In this document: positions 45,450 through 54,870 of the stretch, piece by piece | How positions within the stretch are numbered: the stretch's first letter is position 1 | How the letters are laid out: every line of letters starts with the position of its first letter | DNA from: an uncultured Gammaproteobacteria bacterium | GTDB lineage: Bacteria; Patescibacteriota; Patescibacteriia; UBA1558; GWA2-36-10 | Direction of reading: 5' to 3' | Assembly: GCA_964604515.1 (NCBI GenBank) | Contig: CAZRZA010000003.1 | Location: forward strand, 1 to 57,397 | Length of the DNA: 57,397 nucleotides | Position numbers and translations under genes: made by a program | Notes under the pieces: model-generated | Database searches by the model: none | Told to the model about the DNA's origin: nothing | What the model saw: the letters and a program-made list of their open reading frames with translations, nothing else

Positions 45450-45896
45450 CTATTTTTCTTTTATTTCAATAAAAATATTTAGTCTCTTTTTATTAGGTAA
45501 ATTTAAAGAGAGAGGAAATTTACCTAAGCTCTTTAAACCTTTATTAAAATTAAACCATTTTTCATTTAAAATTAAATTAAAATTATCCTTAACATATTTG
45601 ATAATATCTTGTTTAGATACACTTTTAAAAAGATGTTCTTTATCTGAAGCTTTAGCTCTAAAAGAAATAGTAGTATTATTTAATACTTTAATTATTTTAT
45701 CATAATTATTATTAACCTCTTGTTTTGTCTCTTCTTTTTTATTTATTTTATTCTTTTCTTTATTAATATTAAGAGAAGTAGCTAAAGCTGCCCTTTGTTG
45801 TGGTAAAAGAAAGTTAATAGCATAACCATCGCTTACTTCTTTAATATCACCTTTCTTTCCTAAAGCTTTTATATTTTCTAATAATATTAATTTCAT
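45450..45896 (-). CDS. rplI: 50S ribosomal protein L9
   Basis: MKLILLENIKALGKKGDIKEVSDGYAINFLLP. Confidence 0.92.
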   Translation of the reverse strand: MKLILLENIKALGKKGDIKEVSDGYAINFLLPQQRAALATSLNINKEKNKINKKEETKQEVNNNYDKIIKVLNNTTISFRAKASDKEHLFKSVSKQDIIKYVKDNFNLILNEKWFNFNKGLKSLGKFPLSLNLPNKKRLNIFIEIKEK

Positions 45897-47173
45897 TGTT
45901 CTTTTATTAATTCTATTGCTTTCTCTAATTGTGGATCTAAATCATTTTCAAAATCTTCTGAACTAAGCTCTATTTCATAATCTGGTTTTATACCCTCTTC
46001 TTCTATAGTTCTTCCTTGAGGTGTTAACCATTTAGCGACAGTAATCTTTACCGAAGAACCATTACTAAGGGGTATTAATTGTTGCACTGATCCTTTACCA
46101 AAACTTTGTTCTCCTACTATAGTTGCTGTTTTATGATCTTGTAAGGCTCCAGCTAATATTTCAGAAGCAGAGGCTGATCCTTTATTTATTAAAATTATAG
46201 TTTTAAACTTAGTTAGGTCAAGCTTATCATAGGCTTGATAGCTTTTATCTTTTCTTTTATCACTAAAAGTTTCTCGAACCACTACTTGATTAGCTTCTAA
46301 AAAATTACTAGCTATATCAATAGCTATATTTAAATATCCTCCCGGATTATTTCTTAAATCTAAAATAATACCTTCTGGATTATCTTTTAATATTTCTTGA
46401 GCTATTTTAGTAAATTTCTGATCAGTATCTCCGTTAAAGTGAGACATTTTAATTAAAGCTATATTATCTTCTAAACTATAAGTAGCACTAGGAATATCTA
46501 TTTTACCTCTGATAATAGTAATATCTTGAGCTATAGTATCATCTTCAGAAACTATGGTTAATATTACTTCACTGCCCTTTTCTCCTCTAATTAAAGAAAC
46601 AGCTTCATCTAAATAAATATTAGTAGCATCTTGACCATCAATAGCTATTATTCTATCACCAGCCTTTAGTCCTGCTTTCTCAGCAGGAGTATTAGCTAAA
46701 GGAGCTATTATTACTAATAATCCTTTTCTTTTGCCTATCTCCGCTCCAATACCATAAAAACTACCCTCTAATTCTTGATTAAAGTCTGCTGTATTATTAG
46801 GATTTAAGAAGGAAGAATAAGGATCATTTAAAGCAGAAATCATACCTGCTAAAGAGCCATAAAATAAATCTTCATCAACTATATTGTTTTGATCAAAATA
46901 ATTATCATGAATAATATTCCATAATTCACTAAATAATGCAGAATCTATACTTTCGGAGTTTTTAAATAAATTAGATAACTCAGAAGTAGTTTCTTTTATT
47001 ATTTCTACTGTTGGTTTATTTTCTTTATTATTTAAATTTAAACCAAATAGAAATCCTAAACTTAAAGATATTACTATTATTAATAGTAATAAATAAATAT
47101 TAGATACTTTTTTATACCAAGCTTCTTTTACTTCTTCTTTATTTAATTGAAAACTATCTTTAAATTGATTCAT
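45893..47173 (-). CDS. S41-family C-terminal processing peptidase
   Basis: PDZ (AGLKAGDRIIAIDG) and catalytic GSASASEILAGALQD ... GKGSVQ. Confidence 0.9.
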   Translation of the reverse strand: MNQFKDSFQLNKEEVKEAWYKKVSNIYLLLLIIVISLSLGFLFGLNLNNKENKPTVEIIKETTSELSNLFKNSESIDSALFSELWNIIHDNYFDQNNIVDEDLFYGSLAGMISALNDPYSSFLNPNNTADFNQELEGSFYGIGAEIGKRKGLLVIIAPLANTPAEKAGLKAGDRIIAIDGQDATNIYLDEAVSLIRGEKGSEVILTIVSEDDTIAQDITIIRGKIDIPSATYSLEDNIALIKMSHFNGDTDQKFTKIAQEILKDNPEGIILDLRNNPGGYLNIAIDIASNFLEANQVVVRETFSDKRKDKSYQAYDKLDLTKFKTIILINKGSASASEILAGALQDHKTATIVGEQSFGKGSVQQLIPLSNGSSVKITVAKWLTPQGRTIEEEGIKPDYEIELSSEDFENDLDPQLEKAIELIKEQ

Positions 47174-47174
47174 A

Positions 47175-48470
47175 TTAATCTTTTATTCTTTCTATTCTCG
47201 CTCCTATTTTAGATAATCTAGTATCTAGGGCTTCATAGCCCCTATCTACTTGATAGATATTATCAATAACACTTCTTCCTCGAGCAGCTAAAGCCGCAAT
47301 AATTAATGTTGCTCCTGCTCTTAAATCAAAACTATATATCTTTTTACCAAATAAAGGTGAAGGTCCTATTATTACTATACGATGAGGATCAGAGACTACT
47401 ATATTAGCTCCCATTTTCTTTAATTCAGCAACATACTTTAAACGAGCATCATACATCCAATCATGTATTAAGGAAGTACCTTCGGCCTGAGTCATTAAAA
47501 CAGCAAAAGGTTGCATCATATCTGCTGAAAAACCAGGATGAGGCATATCATGTAATTTATTAATAGCTTTTAATTCTACTTTACCATCTACTATAATATT
47601 AGCTAAAGGATAATTATCTTGCGGAGCTAATTCTGAATATTCTATATCTATTTTTAAGCCTACTTCTTTAAATTTCTCTAATTCTAATTTAATAAAATCA
47701 GGAGCTGTGTTCTCTATTACTATTTTAGATTTAGTAGCTCCCGCTAAAGCAATAAAGGTTCCTGTTTCAATGGGATCAGGCATTATATAGTATTCTGTTC
47801 CTGTTAATTTATTACTCCCCTTTATTTTTAAATTATGAGTTCCAATTCCTTCTATTTCTACTCCTAAACTCTTTAGAAACCAACATAAATCTTGCACAGA
47901 AGGATCAGAGGCAGCAATGCTAATATTTACTTCTTCTTTACTCAAAGCAGCAGCTAAAATTATATTCTCCGTACCAGTTACGGAAAATTCAGACATTACT
48001 ATTTCTGACTGACCTTTTTCTTTCTTTTCTAAATAATAATATTCTTCATCAGAAGTAACTTCTATACCTAAATTTTGAAAAGCTTTAAAATGAGTATCCA
48101 TAGATCTATTACCAATTTGACAGCCTCCAGGAGCTTTAGTTTTAACTTTAGAAAACCTACCTATTAAAGCACCCATTAATAGTATAGAAGACCTCAAGTC
48201 ACTTATTAATTTCATATCCATTTTAGCTAAATCTAAATTAGCATTATCTATTTTAAGGCTATTACTATCTGTCCAAATAATTTTAGAACCTAAAGAGACT
48301 AAAATCTGTATCATTTTCTTAACATCTTCTATAACTGGTACATTATGCAGAATAATTTCTTCTTTAGAAAGAATACTGGCCGCTAAAATAGGAGTAGCAG
48401 CATTCTTAAAACCAGTTACTTTAATATTACCCTCTAAAGTATTACCACCTTGAATTATAAATTTAGGCAT
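47175..48470 (-). CDS. murA: UDP-N-acetylglucosamine 1-carboxyvinyltransferase
   Basis: Typical MurA sequence with the active-site loop PGGCQIGNRSMD. Confidence 0.95.
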   Translation of the reverse strand: MPKFIIQGGNTLEGNIKVTGFKNAATPILAASILSKEEIILHNVPVIEDVKKMIQILVSLGSKIIWTDSNSLKIDNANLDLAKMDMKLISDLRSSILLMGALIGRFSKVKTKAPGGCQIGNRSMDTHFKAFQNLGIEVTSDEEYYYLEKKEKGQSEIVMSEFSVTGTENIILAAALSKEEVNISIAASDPSVQDLCWFLKSLGVEIEGIGTHNLKIKGSNKLTGTEYYIMPDPIETGTFIALAGATKSKIVIENTAPDFIKLELEKFKEVGLKIDIEYSELAPQDNYPLANIIVDGKVELKAINKLHDMPHPGFSADMMQPFAVLMTQAEGTSLIHDWMYDARLKYVAELKKMGANIVVSDPHRIVIIGPSPLFGKKIYSFDLRAGATLIIAALAARGRSVIDNIYQVDRGYEALDTRLSKIGARIERIKD

Positions 48471-48528
48471 AGTATAGTATTAATGAATTATTATATATAT
48501 AATAATATAAAATTGATTTAAAAACAAG

Positions 48529-49794
48529 ATGAGTATCTTTTGGAGACGTATTACATATTCTATATTTTTTACTATATTTTTTATAAGTTCACCATTATTA
48601 ATACTATACTCTTTAGGTTATAGATATAACTTCACTACTAATAGTATTGAAAAAAATGGTGCTTTTTATATTAAATCTTATCCTAAAAATGCTGATATTT
48701 ATATTGATAATATTTTAAATAGCAAAAAAACACCTCATCAAATAGTAAATATAAAACCAGCTAATCATAAAATAAAGGTAATTAAAGATAATTATATACC
48801 TTGGGAAAAAGAATTAATAATTAGAAAAGGGGAAACTACTTTTGTAGAGAATATAGTCTTGTTCTTAAAAGAACAAAAAAAGAAAGAACTGGGTCCTGGT
48901 TCTAATAATATTTTAATTAATAATAATAAAGATAAGTATTCTTATTTAGATGAAAATAATAATTTATGGATTACAAATATAGAAGAAAATAAAAATTATA
49001 ATATTTATCAATTTGAAACTATTTATAATTTAATTACTTGGTCTGTAGATAATCAAAGCATATTATTAGAAAAAAATAATAACTTTTATTTATTTAATAT
49101 AAATCAAAAAGATTTAAAATTATTAACTATAGATACTATTTCTGAAGCCTCTTTTATTACTAATTATATTTGGTATATAAAAAATAATAACTTATTTAAA
49201 TATAATATTGAAAATGAAGAAACAAATATAGTCTTAGAAGGTATTAATAACTTTATTATTAGAGATGATTATTTAATAATTCAAAAAAATAATATTAATA
49301 GTAGTCAAATATTAATATTAGATAAGAATAATTTAAAAGAAATAGTTAATATAGATAATTTAAATATTGGCTCTCTAAAGCTCTTAAGCATTGATGATAA
49401 AAAAATAATATTTACTCTTGGTTCTAAATTATATATCAAATATACCTGGAAAGACATTATTATTATTCCCGCTTCTTTAGCTAAAATATCTGGTAATTTT
49501 CTTTTAATTAGTAATGGCTATGAAATTTGGTTATATAATTATAAAGATGATTGGCAAGAAATAATTGATCGCTCTTCTCGTTTAGTCTCTGATATTATTT
49601 GGCATCCTAATGGTTATTATTTTTTAAGTGAAATAGATCAAGAAACTATAATTTCTGAATTAGACACTAGAGATCAAAGAAATGCTATTTCTCTTTTAAA
49701 TAATCCCCATAAAAAACATTATTTCTTTAATAAAAAAGGTAACAGACTATTTATTCTAACACCTCAAGAAAATATATCCATAACTATACAATAA
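48529..49794 (+). CDS. PEGA-domain membrane protein with a C-terminal beta-propeller-like region
   Basis: TM helix, then PKNADIYIDN...TPHQIVNIKPANHKIKVIKDNYIPWEKE (PEGA pattern). Confidence 0.72.
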   Translation: MSIFWRRITYSIFFTIFFISSPLLILYSLGYRYNFTTNSIEKNGAFYIKSYPKNADIYIDNILNSKKTPHQIVNIKPANHKIKVIKDNYIPWEKELIIRKGETTFVENIVLFLKEQKKKELGPGSNNILINNNKDKYSYLDENNNLWITNIEENKNYNIYQFETIYNLITWSVDNQSILLEKNNNFYLFNINQKDLKLLTIDTISEASFITNYIWYIKNNNLFKYNIENEETNIVLEGINNFIIRDDYLIIQKNNINSSQILILDKNNLKEIVNIDNLNIGSLKLLSIDDKKIIFTLGSKLYIKYTWKDIIIIPASLAKISGNFLLISNGYEIWLYNYKDDWQEIIDRSSRLVSDIIWHPNGYYFLSEIDQETIISELDTRDQRNAISLLNNPHKKHYFFNKKGNRLFILTPQENISITIQ

Positions 49795-49816
49795 TAACTT
49801 ATCCACAGGAGAATGC

Positions 49817-49845
49817 TTGACTTTCGGTTTTTGTTCGGTTATTAT
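49817..49845 (+). promoter_or_regulatory. lexA promoter TTGACT-17-TATTAT whose spacer is a TTCGGT direct repeat (candidate operator)
   Basis: TTGACT-TTCGGTttttgTTCGGT-TATTAT, read directly. Confidence 0.55.
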
Positions 49846-49873
49846 TAATATATAATTATTTATATATAATAAT

Positions 49874-50473
49874 ATGCCTAATTTAACAAAAAAACAAAAA
49901 CAAGTTTTTGAATATATTACTCATTTTATAAAGAGTAATAATTATGCTCCAAGCTATAGAGAAATAGCTGATTATTTTGGACTATCCTCTACCTCTACTA
50001 TTCATGAGCATATTAAAAGCTTAGAAGATAAAGGATTAATAACTAGTTCTCATAATGTTTCTCGCTCTTTAGAAATTGTTAAGAAAAGCTTTGCTAAATC
50101 AATTGAATTACCTTTAGTCGGATTAATAACAGCTGGTGAGCCAATAGAGGCTATTGAAGAAAAAGAAACCATTGCTGTTCCTCAAGATTTAGTAAAAGAT
50201 GAAAACTCTTTTGTTTTAAAAGTTAAGGGAGAATCAATGATTGATGAGGGTATATGGAGCGGAGATTATGTAGTTGTTGAAAAAAATTTCTACCCTCAAA
50301 ACGGAGATGTAGTTGTGGCCCTTTTAGACAATACTTATGCTACTTTAAAAAAGTATTTTCGAGAAAAAAATAGAATTAGATTACAACCAGCTAATAAAAC
50401 TATGAATCCTATTTATGTTAAAAATCCTGCTATTCAAGGCATAGTTAGGGCAATAATTAGAAAATATGCTTAA
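49874..50473 (+). CDS. lexA: LexA repressor
   Basis: wHTH N-domain (APSYREIADYFGLSSTSTIHEHIKSLEDKGLI), cleavage-site region, S24 peptidase GESMIDEGI ... LKKY. Confidence 0.93.
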   Translation: MPNLTKKQKQVFEYITHFIKSNNYAPSYREIADYFGLSSTSTIHEHIKSLEDKGLITSSHNVSRSLEIVKKSFAKSIELPLVGLITAGEPIEAIEEKETIAVPQDLVKDENSFVLKVKGESMIDEGIWSGDYVVVEKNFYPQNGDVVVALLDNTYATLKKYFREKNRIRLQPANKTMNPIYVKNPAIQGIVRAIIRKYA

Positions 50474-50594
50474 AATAAATAAAAGAAAAATTAAAATCTG
50501 GTATAGAAAGTATATAGCTAAAGATAAATTAACATTTAGAAAATGTTATTGTTGCAAATTAAAAAAATTACATTTAAAGGTCTTTTAATAACTA

Positions 50595-50623
50595 TTGACA
50601 ATTTCTAATATTTTAGCTATTAT
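50595..50623 (+). promoter_or_regulatory. Promoter TTGACA-17-TATTAT for rpmA
   Basis: Read directly. Confidence 0.65.
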
Positions 50624-50651
50624 ATAGCAGTTATAAATATAAAGTAAAAAT

Positions 50652-50933
50652 ATGGCACATAAGAAAGCGGGAGGATCAACAGGCTTGGGTCGAGATTCCC
50701 AGAGCAAAAGATTAGGTGTAAAACTATTTGCTGGCCAAAAGGCTAAAGCTGGTAATATTTTAGTTCGTCAAAGAGGTACTAAATTTCATCCTGGAGAAAA
50801 TGTTGGCAAAGGAAAAGATGATACTCTTTTTGCTAAAATATCTGGTATTATAAATTTTAGAAAGCTCAAGAAAAGAAAATTTGACGGTTCTCTGAAAGAT
50901 ACTAAATTTATTGATATACTTCCCGAAAAATAA
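50652..50933 (+). CDS. rpmA: 50S ribosomal protein L27
   Basis: [24 protein letters not shown]. Confidence 0.95.
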   Translation: MAHKKAGGSTGLGRDSQSKRLGVKLFAGQKAKAGNILVRQRGTKFHPGENVGKGKDDTLFAKISGIINFRKLKKRKFDGSLKDTKFIDILPEK

Positions 50934-50940
50934 ATAAACT

Positions 50941-50970
50941 AAAAACTACTTCTCTGAAGTAGTTTTTTTT
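50941..50970. terminator. Bidirectional intrinsic terminator (rpmA / ftsX)
   Basis: AAAAACTACTTC-tct-GAAGTAGTTTTTTTT. Confidence 0.8.
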
Positions 50971-50978
50971 ATTATTAC

Positions 50979-51896
50979 TTAAACTTTTAAATATTTTCTC
51001 ATAGCAATAATAGTAGAAAAAATATTTAAAACAGCTAAAGCTAAAAACTGTAAACCAAATATATTAAAGAAGTTATCCTTAAAGTAACCAGCTATATTAA
51101 TAACATGATTATCTTGAAAATAATTAGTTATAGAAGGCTGTATAATGTTCACCAGAGGATAAACAAGAGCAATTAGTACCAAGACACTAATTAAAGCATA
51201 AAAGACTCCTTCGAGGACAAATGGAGCCCTAACAAATGAATTGCTAGCCCCTACTAATTTCATAATCATAACTTCATTCTTTCTAGTATAAATACTAATA
51301 CGAATAGTATTAAAGATAACCACTAAAGATATTAAACCAAAGAATAAAGTGATATACCAGCTATATTTATTAAGACCATTAGCAAAATTATCTATACTAG
51401 CTATAAATTGATCAAAATCATGAAAGTCACTATATTCTACTATATTACTATATTCTTCTTCTTGGACAAAATCTAATATTACTTGATATTGATTTAATTG
51501 ATAAGCCTGAATAGCTAAAGAATATGAAAAAGGATTATCTTCTTCAGAAAATATATTTAAAGCTTCTTTAGACTTTAATCCTAAGCCAGATTGTTCATAT
51601 AATTCTTTATTTTCTTCCGGAGTAATAATGGATACTTTCTTGACCTCTTCTAAGCTATTTAAATTATTAACTAATATTTCTAAATCTTCTTTAATTACTT
51701 CTTTTTTAAGAGAAACTAGTATATCTACTTTCTTGTTAACACCAGCAATAGCTGCTTCTTTAGTATAGTCTATACCTATTAATAGAGTAACGGAGAATAA
51801 AGCCATTAACATCATTGTAATAGATACTAAAGATAACCAAAAGTTTCTAAAAAAACCCTGTATACCAAATTTAATAATTCTTAATATTTTTTGCAT
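50979..51896 (-). CDS. ftsX: Cell division permease-like protein FtsX (start moved to MQKILRI; the track ORF extends to 51932)
   Basis: TM1, a large extracytoplasmic loop and 3 C-terminal TM helices. It follows ftsE. Confidence 0.85.
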   Translation of the reverse strand: MQKILRIIKFGIQGFFRNFWLSLVSITMMLMALFSVTLLIGIDYTKEAAIAGVNKKVDILVSLKKEVIKEDLEILVNNLNSLEEVKKVSIITPEENKELYEQSGLGLKSKEALNIFSEEDNPFSYSLAIQAYQLNQYQVILDFVQEEEYSNIVEYSDFHDFDQFIASIDNFANGLNKYSWYITLFFGLISLVVIFNTIRISIYTRKNEVMIMKLVGASNSFVRAPFVLEGVFYALISVLVLIALVYPLVNIIQPSITNYFQDNHVINIAGYFKDNFFNIFGLQFLALAVLNIFSTIIAMRKYLKV

Positions 51897-51900
51897 AATT

Positions 51901-52581
51901 TTATAATAAATATCTACCACTTGATTGATCACTGATAATAGTTCCTCTATCTAAAGCAATTACCCTGCCCTTTAAGCTATTAACAACCTCTTTATCATGG
52001 GTTACTAAAAGAACAGTTGTTCCTAATTTATTTATTTTCTTTAATAAATCAATAATTTCTCTAGTATTTAAAGGATCTAAATTACCAGTTGGTTCATCTG
52101 CTATTAATACCTTGGGTTTATGTACTAAAGATCTAGCAATAGCTACTCTTTGTTGCTCTCCTCCAGATAATTGATGAGGATATCTATTTTCCTTACCCTT
52201 TAAGCCAACTAAATTAATCATCTGTTGTACTGTTTTATTTATAATATTATTTTTAAAACCACATACTTCCATAGCGAAAGAAATATTTTCTGCTGCAGTT
52301 TTTTTTGGTAATAATTTGAAATCTTGAAATATTACTCCAACCTGTCTCCTTAAAGTAGGTATTTCATAATTTTTTAAATTACTAATATTCCAACCACCTA
52401 TTATTATTTCCCCTTGATCTGATTTTAATTCCGCTATTAATAATTTAATAAGCGTCGATTTACCAGAACCAGACTCACCAACAATAGAAATAAATTCTCC
52501 GGCTTTAATATGAAGATTAAGATCTTTTAATATATAATTATTTTCTTGATAGCTTTTAGATAAATTACTAATTTTAATCAT
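51901..52581 (-). CDS. ftsE: Cell division ATP-binding protein FtsE
   Basis: Walker A GESGSGKST, signature LSGGEQQR, Walker B VLIADEPT. Confidence 0.9.
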   Translation of the reverse strand: MIKISNLSKSYQENNYILKDLNLHIKAGEFISIVGESGSGKSTLIKLLIAELKSDQGEIIIGGWNISNLKNYEIPTLRRQVGVIFQDFKLLPKKTAAENISFAMEVCGFKNNIINKTVQQMINLVGLKGKENRYPHQLSGGEQQRVAIARSLVHKPKVLIADEPTGNLDPLNTREIIDLLKKINKLGTTVLLVTHDKEVVNSLKGRVIALDRGTIISDQSSGRYLL

Positions 52582-52586
52582 TTTAT

Positions 52587-53432
52587 TTAATATATTTTAT
52601 TAATATTAACTGTTTTTAAATAATCTTGAAAAAATTCATTTATAGTTTTAGCTTGGACAAATATTTGTTTTACTTCTCTGATAGTATTTTCATCTTCAAT
52701 AATATTTTCTAAATACCAAATAATATAACCTCCTGGTATCATAACTATTTTACTATATTCTCCTTCATTTAAATCTTTAATAGGTTCATAAAAATTAATT
52801 AAATCTTCTTCCGGAATATACATACTATTTTCTGCAAAAACTAAATCAGAACTATATTCTTGAGCTACCTCCAAAAAGTCTTGACCAGACTCTAAAGCTT
52901 CATAAGCATTTTGAGCTTTAGTTATATTATCTAAATCATTATAATTATCTAATAAATAACTATATACTTTAGATTCTAAAATAAAAGGTTTAATTACTAA
53001 TTCTTTATAATTAGCGAAAGAAATACCAAAGCTTTCTTTAGTCATCTCTTTTATTTCATCTAAATCTTCTAAATTATCTAAATAATCCTTAAACTCTTCT
53101 TTAGTAATAAAGATATTATTATTCTGAGCTATTTTATTTAAATAAACATTTTTTATTAGTCTTTCCCAAATTACTTCTTCAATATCAATTTCTTCTTCAT
53201 TTTTTTCTAAATACTTTTCTAAAGAATCTTTATATTTTAAATAATCTGCTAAAGGAATAGCTAATTCCTGCTCTTCTTCTTTAATACTACCTGCTTTTAA
53301 ATTATATACTTTAGAAAAGAATATACCTAAATTATTTTCTAACTTATGAGCATATACTAATTTTATAAAAAAATATTGAGAAATAATTAAAAAAACAATT
53401 ATTATTATTCCTGCTTTTAACTTTTTATCCAT
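52587..53432 (-). CDS. Membrane-anchored SurA/PrsA-like chaperone with a degenerate parvulin-like domain
   Basis: TM anchor; ALESGQDFLEVAQEYSSD ... GGYIIWYL ... VKQIFV. The GGDLG loop is missing. Confidence 0.6.
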   Translation of the reverse strand: MDKKLKAGIIIIVFLIISQYFFIKLVYAHKLENNLGIFFSKVYNLKAGSIKEEEQELAIPLADYLKYKDSLEKYLEKNEEEIDIEEVIWERLIKNVYLNKIAQNNNIFITKEEFKDYLDNLEDLDEIKEMTKESFGISFANYKELVIKPFILESKVYSYLLDNYNDLDNITKAQNAYEALESGQDFLEVAQEYSSDLVFAENSMYIPEEDLINFYEPIKDLNEGEYSKIVMIPGGYIIWYLENIIEDENTIREVKQIFVQAKTINEFFQDYLKTVNINKIY

Positions 53433-53437
53433 AATCT

Positions 53438-53818
53438 TTATTTAAAAAAATAATTAAACCATTTTTGATAATTATTTAAATCATCATTCTTTATTATTTC
53501 TATTTCTCTATTGTCCCCTTTTATTAAATTAATTTGTTTTTCTCCCGGTTTACTTAAATTTAATTTTAAGCGAGCTTCTTCTTCTATGTACTGATCTGTT
53601 TTTAAATAAGCTACCAAATCATTTAAATTATCTTTCTCTTTATTTAATTTAGTAAACTGTTCTTCTAAATTATTAATTTCTTTATTTATATTATACCTTA
53701 AAATAACTTCTTTAGATACTTTAATAAAAGAAAAAACTAAAACAATAAATAAGATAATTATTATTAAATTAGAATTATATAATTTAGTAAAAAAATTATC
53801 TTCACTCTTTTTTTTCAT
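53438..53818 (-). CDS. Septum formation initiator family protein (FtsB/DivIC-like)
   Basis: TM helix, leucine-zipper coiled coil, and IEEEARLKLNLSKPGE C-terminal motif. Confidence 0.8.
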   Translation of the reverse strand: MKKKSEDNFFTKLYNSNLIIIILFIVLVFSFIKVSKEVILRYNINKEINNLEEQFTKLNKEKDNLNDLVAYLKTDQYIEEEARLKLNLSKPGEKQINLIKGDNREIEIIKNDDLNNYQKWFNYFFK

Positions 53819-53824
53819 AGTCTC

Positions 53825-53833
53825 ATTATATCA
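53825..53833 (-). promoter_or_regulatory. Extended -10 (TGA TATAAT), 6 nt upstream of the ftsB-like ATG; leaderless candidate
   Basis: Minus strand reads TGATATAAT-GAGACT-ATG. Confidence 0.5.
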
Positions 53834-53863
53834 TAAAATAAGTTTTTCTAAAACACTACTTTA

Positions 53864-53872
53864 TGCTATAAT
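53864..53872 (+). promoter_or_regulatory. Extended -10 (TGC TATAAT) for corA
   Basis: It lies 19 nt upstream of the ATG, with an AAAGGA SD in between. Confidence 0.5.
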
Positions 53873-53891
53873 ATTAAAGGATAAGAATTAA

Positions 53892-54812
53892 ATGAAAATA
53901 AAAGAAATAAAAACAAAAAGTTTTTCTTGGACACATATTTCTAAACCTCAGAGAAAGGAAATAGATTATTTAAAGAATAAATATGATTTTCATCCTTTAG
54001 ATTTAGAAGATTGTTTGGTTAGAATACAAAGACCACAAATTGGTGAATATACTAATCATATCTTTTTTATTTTAACTTTTCCTGTTTATAATAGAATAAC
54101 TAAAGAAATAGAATCTAGTGAAATAGATTTTTTTATTTCCTCTAAATATATTATTACTCTTAGTGATGAATATATACCAATTACTAATAATCTTTTTGAA
54201 GAAACTAAAGATAATAATTATAATAAAGAAAAGTATATGTCTCCTCATCCTGTCTATTTATTATATGAAATATTACATAGATTACAAAACTATACTTTTC
54301 CGATGCTAGATCATGTCAGTGAAGATATAGAAGATATAGAAAAGAAGATTTTCTCTGGTAAAGAAAAAGAAGTAGTAACTGAAATATTAAATGTTAAAAG
54401 AAATATTCTTAATTTCAGAAAAATAATGCAGGCCCATAAGAATATTATTAAAAAGTTAATGAATACCAATACTAAATTCTTTATGCCTGATAAAACAAAT
54501 GTTTATTTATCCAATATTTTAGATAGAACTAAAGATATTTGGGATATTTTAAAAACTCAAAAAGAAAATATTAATGCTTTTCAAGAAACTAATGATGCTT
54601 TGATTTCTCATAAATTAAATGAGATAATGAGAATCTTAACAGTTATTTCTGTTATTTTAATACCTGCTAATTTAATAGCCTCTACTTTTGGTATGAATGC
54701 TAAATTTGCCCCTTTTATTGGTAATCCTTATGATTTCTACAAGATAATATCTTTAATGTTTTTAGTCCTTATTGTAGTTATAATGTTCTTTAAAAGAAAA
54801 AAGTGGTTTTAA
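53892..54812 (+). CDS. corA: Magnesium/cobalt transporter CorA
   Basis: FGMN signature before the last TM helix, and a cytoplasmic alpha/beta N-domain. Confidence 0.9.
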   Translation: MKIKEIKTKSFSWTHISKPQRKEIDYLKNKYDFHPLDLEDCLVRIQRPQIGEYTNHIFFILTFPVYNRITKEIESSEIDFFISSKYIITLSDEYIPITNNLFEETKDNNYNKEKYMSPHPVYLLYEILHRLQNYTFPMLDHVSEDIEDIEKKIFSGKEKEVVTEILNVKRNILNFRKIMQAHKNIIKKLMNTNTKFFMPDKTNVYLSNILDRTKDIWDILKTQKENINAFQETNDALISHKLNEIMRILTVISVILIPANLIASTFGMNAKFAPFIGNPYDFYKIISLMFLVLIVVIMFFKRKKWF

Positions 54813-54845
54813 TCTTGTCTAAATACATTAAATAATATACACTTA

Positions 54846-54870
54846 TTCCATTATTCAATGGAATTTTTTT
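54846..54870 (+). terminator. Intrinsic terminator after corA, abutting the dus start codon
   Basis: TTCCATT-attc-AATGGAA plus T7, immediately followed by ATG 54871. Confidence 0.6.

Noticed and set aside
50466-50588. A 40-codon, very basic ORF (MLKINKRKIKIWYRKYIAKDKLTFRKCYCCKLKKLHLKVF) overlapping the lexA stop.
   Set aside because: The Lys/Ile/Asn-rich composition is what A-rich intergenic DNA encodes by default. There is no SD, no resemblance to L34, L36 or other small ribosomal proteins, and it overlaps the region just upstream of the rpmA promoter.
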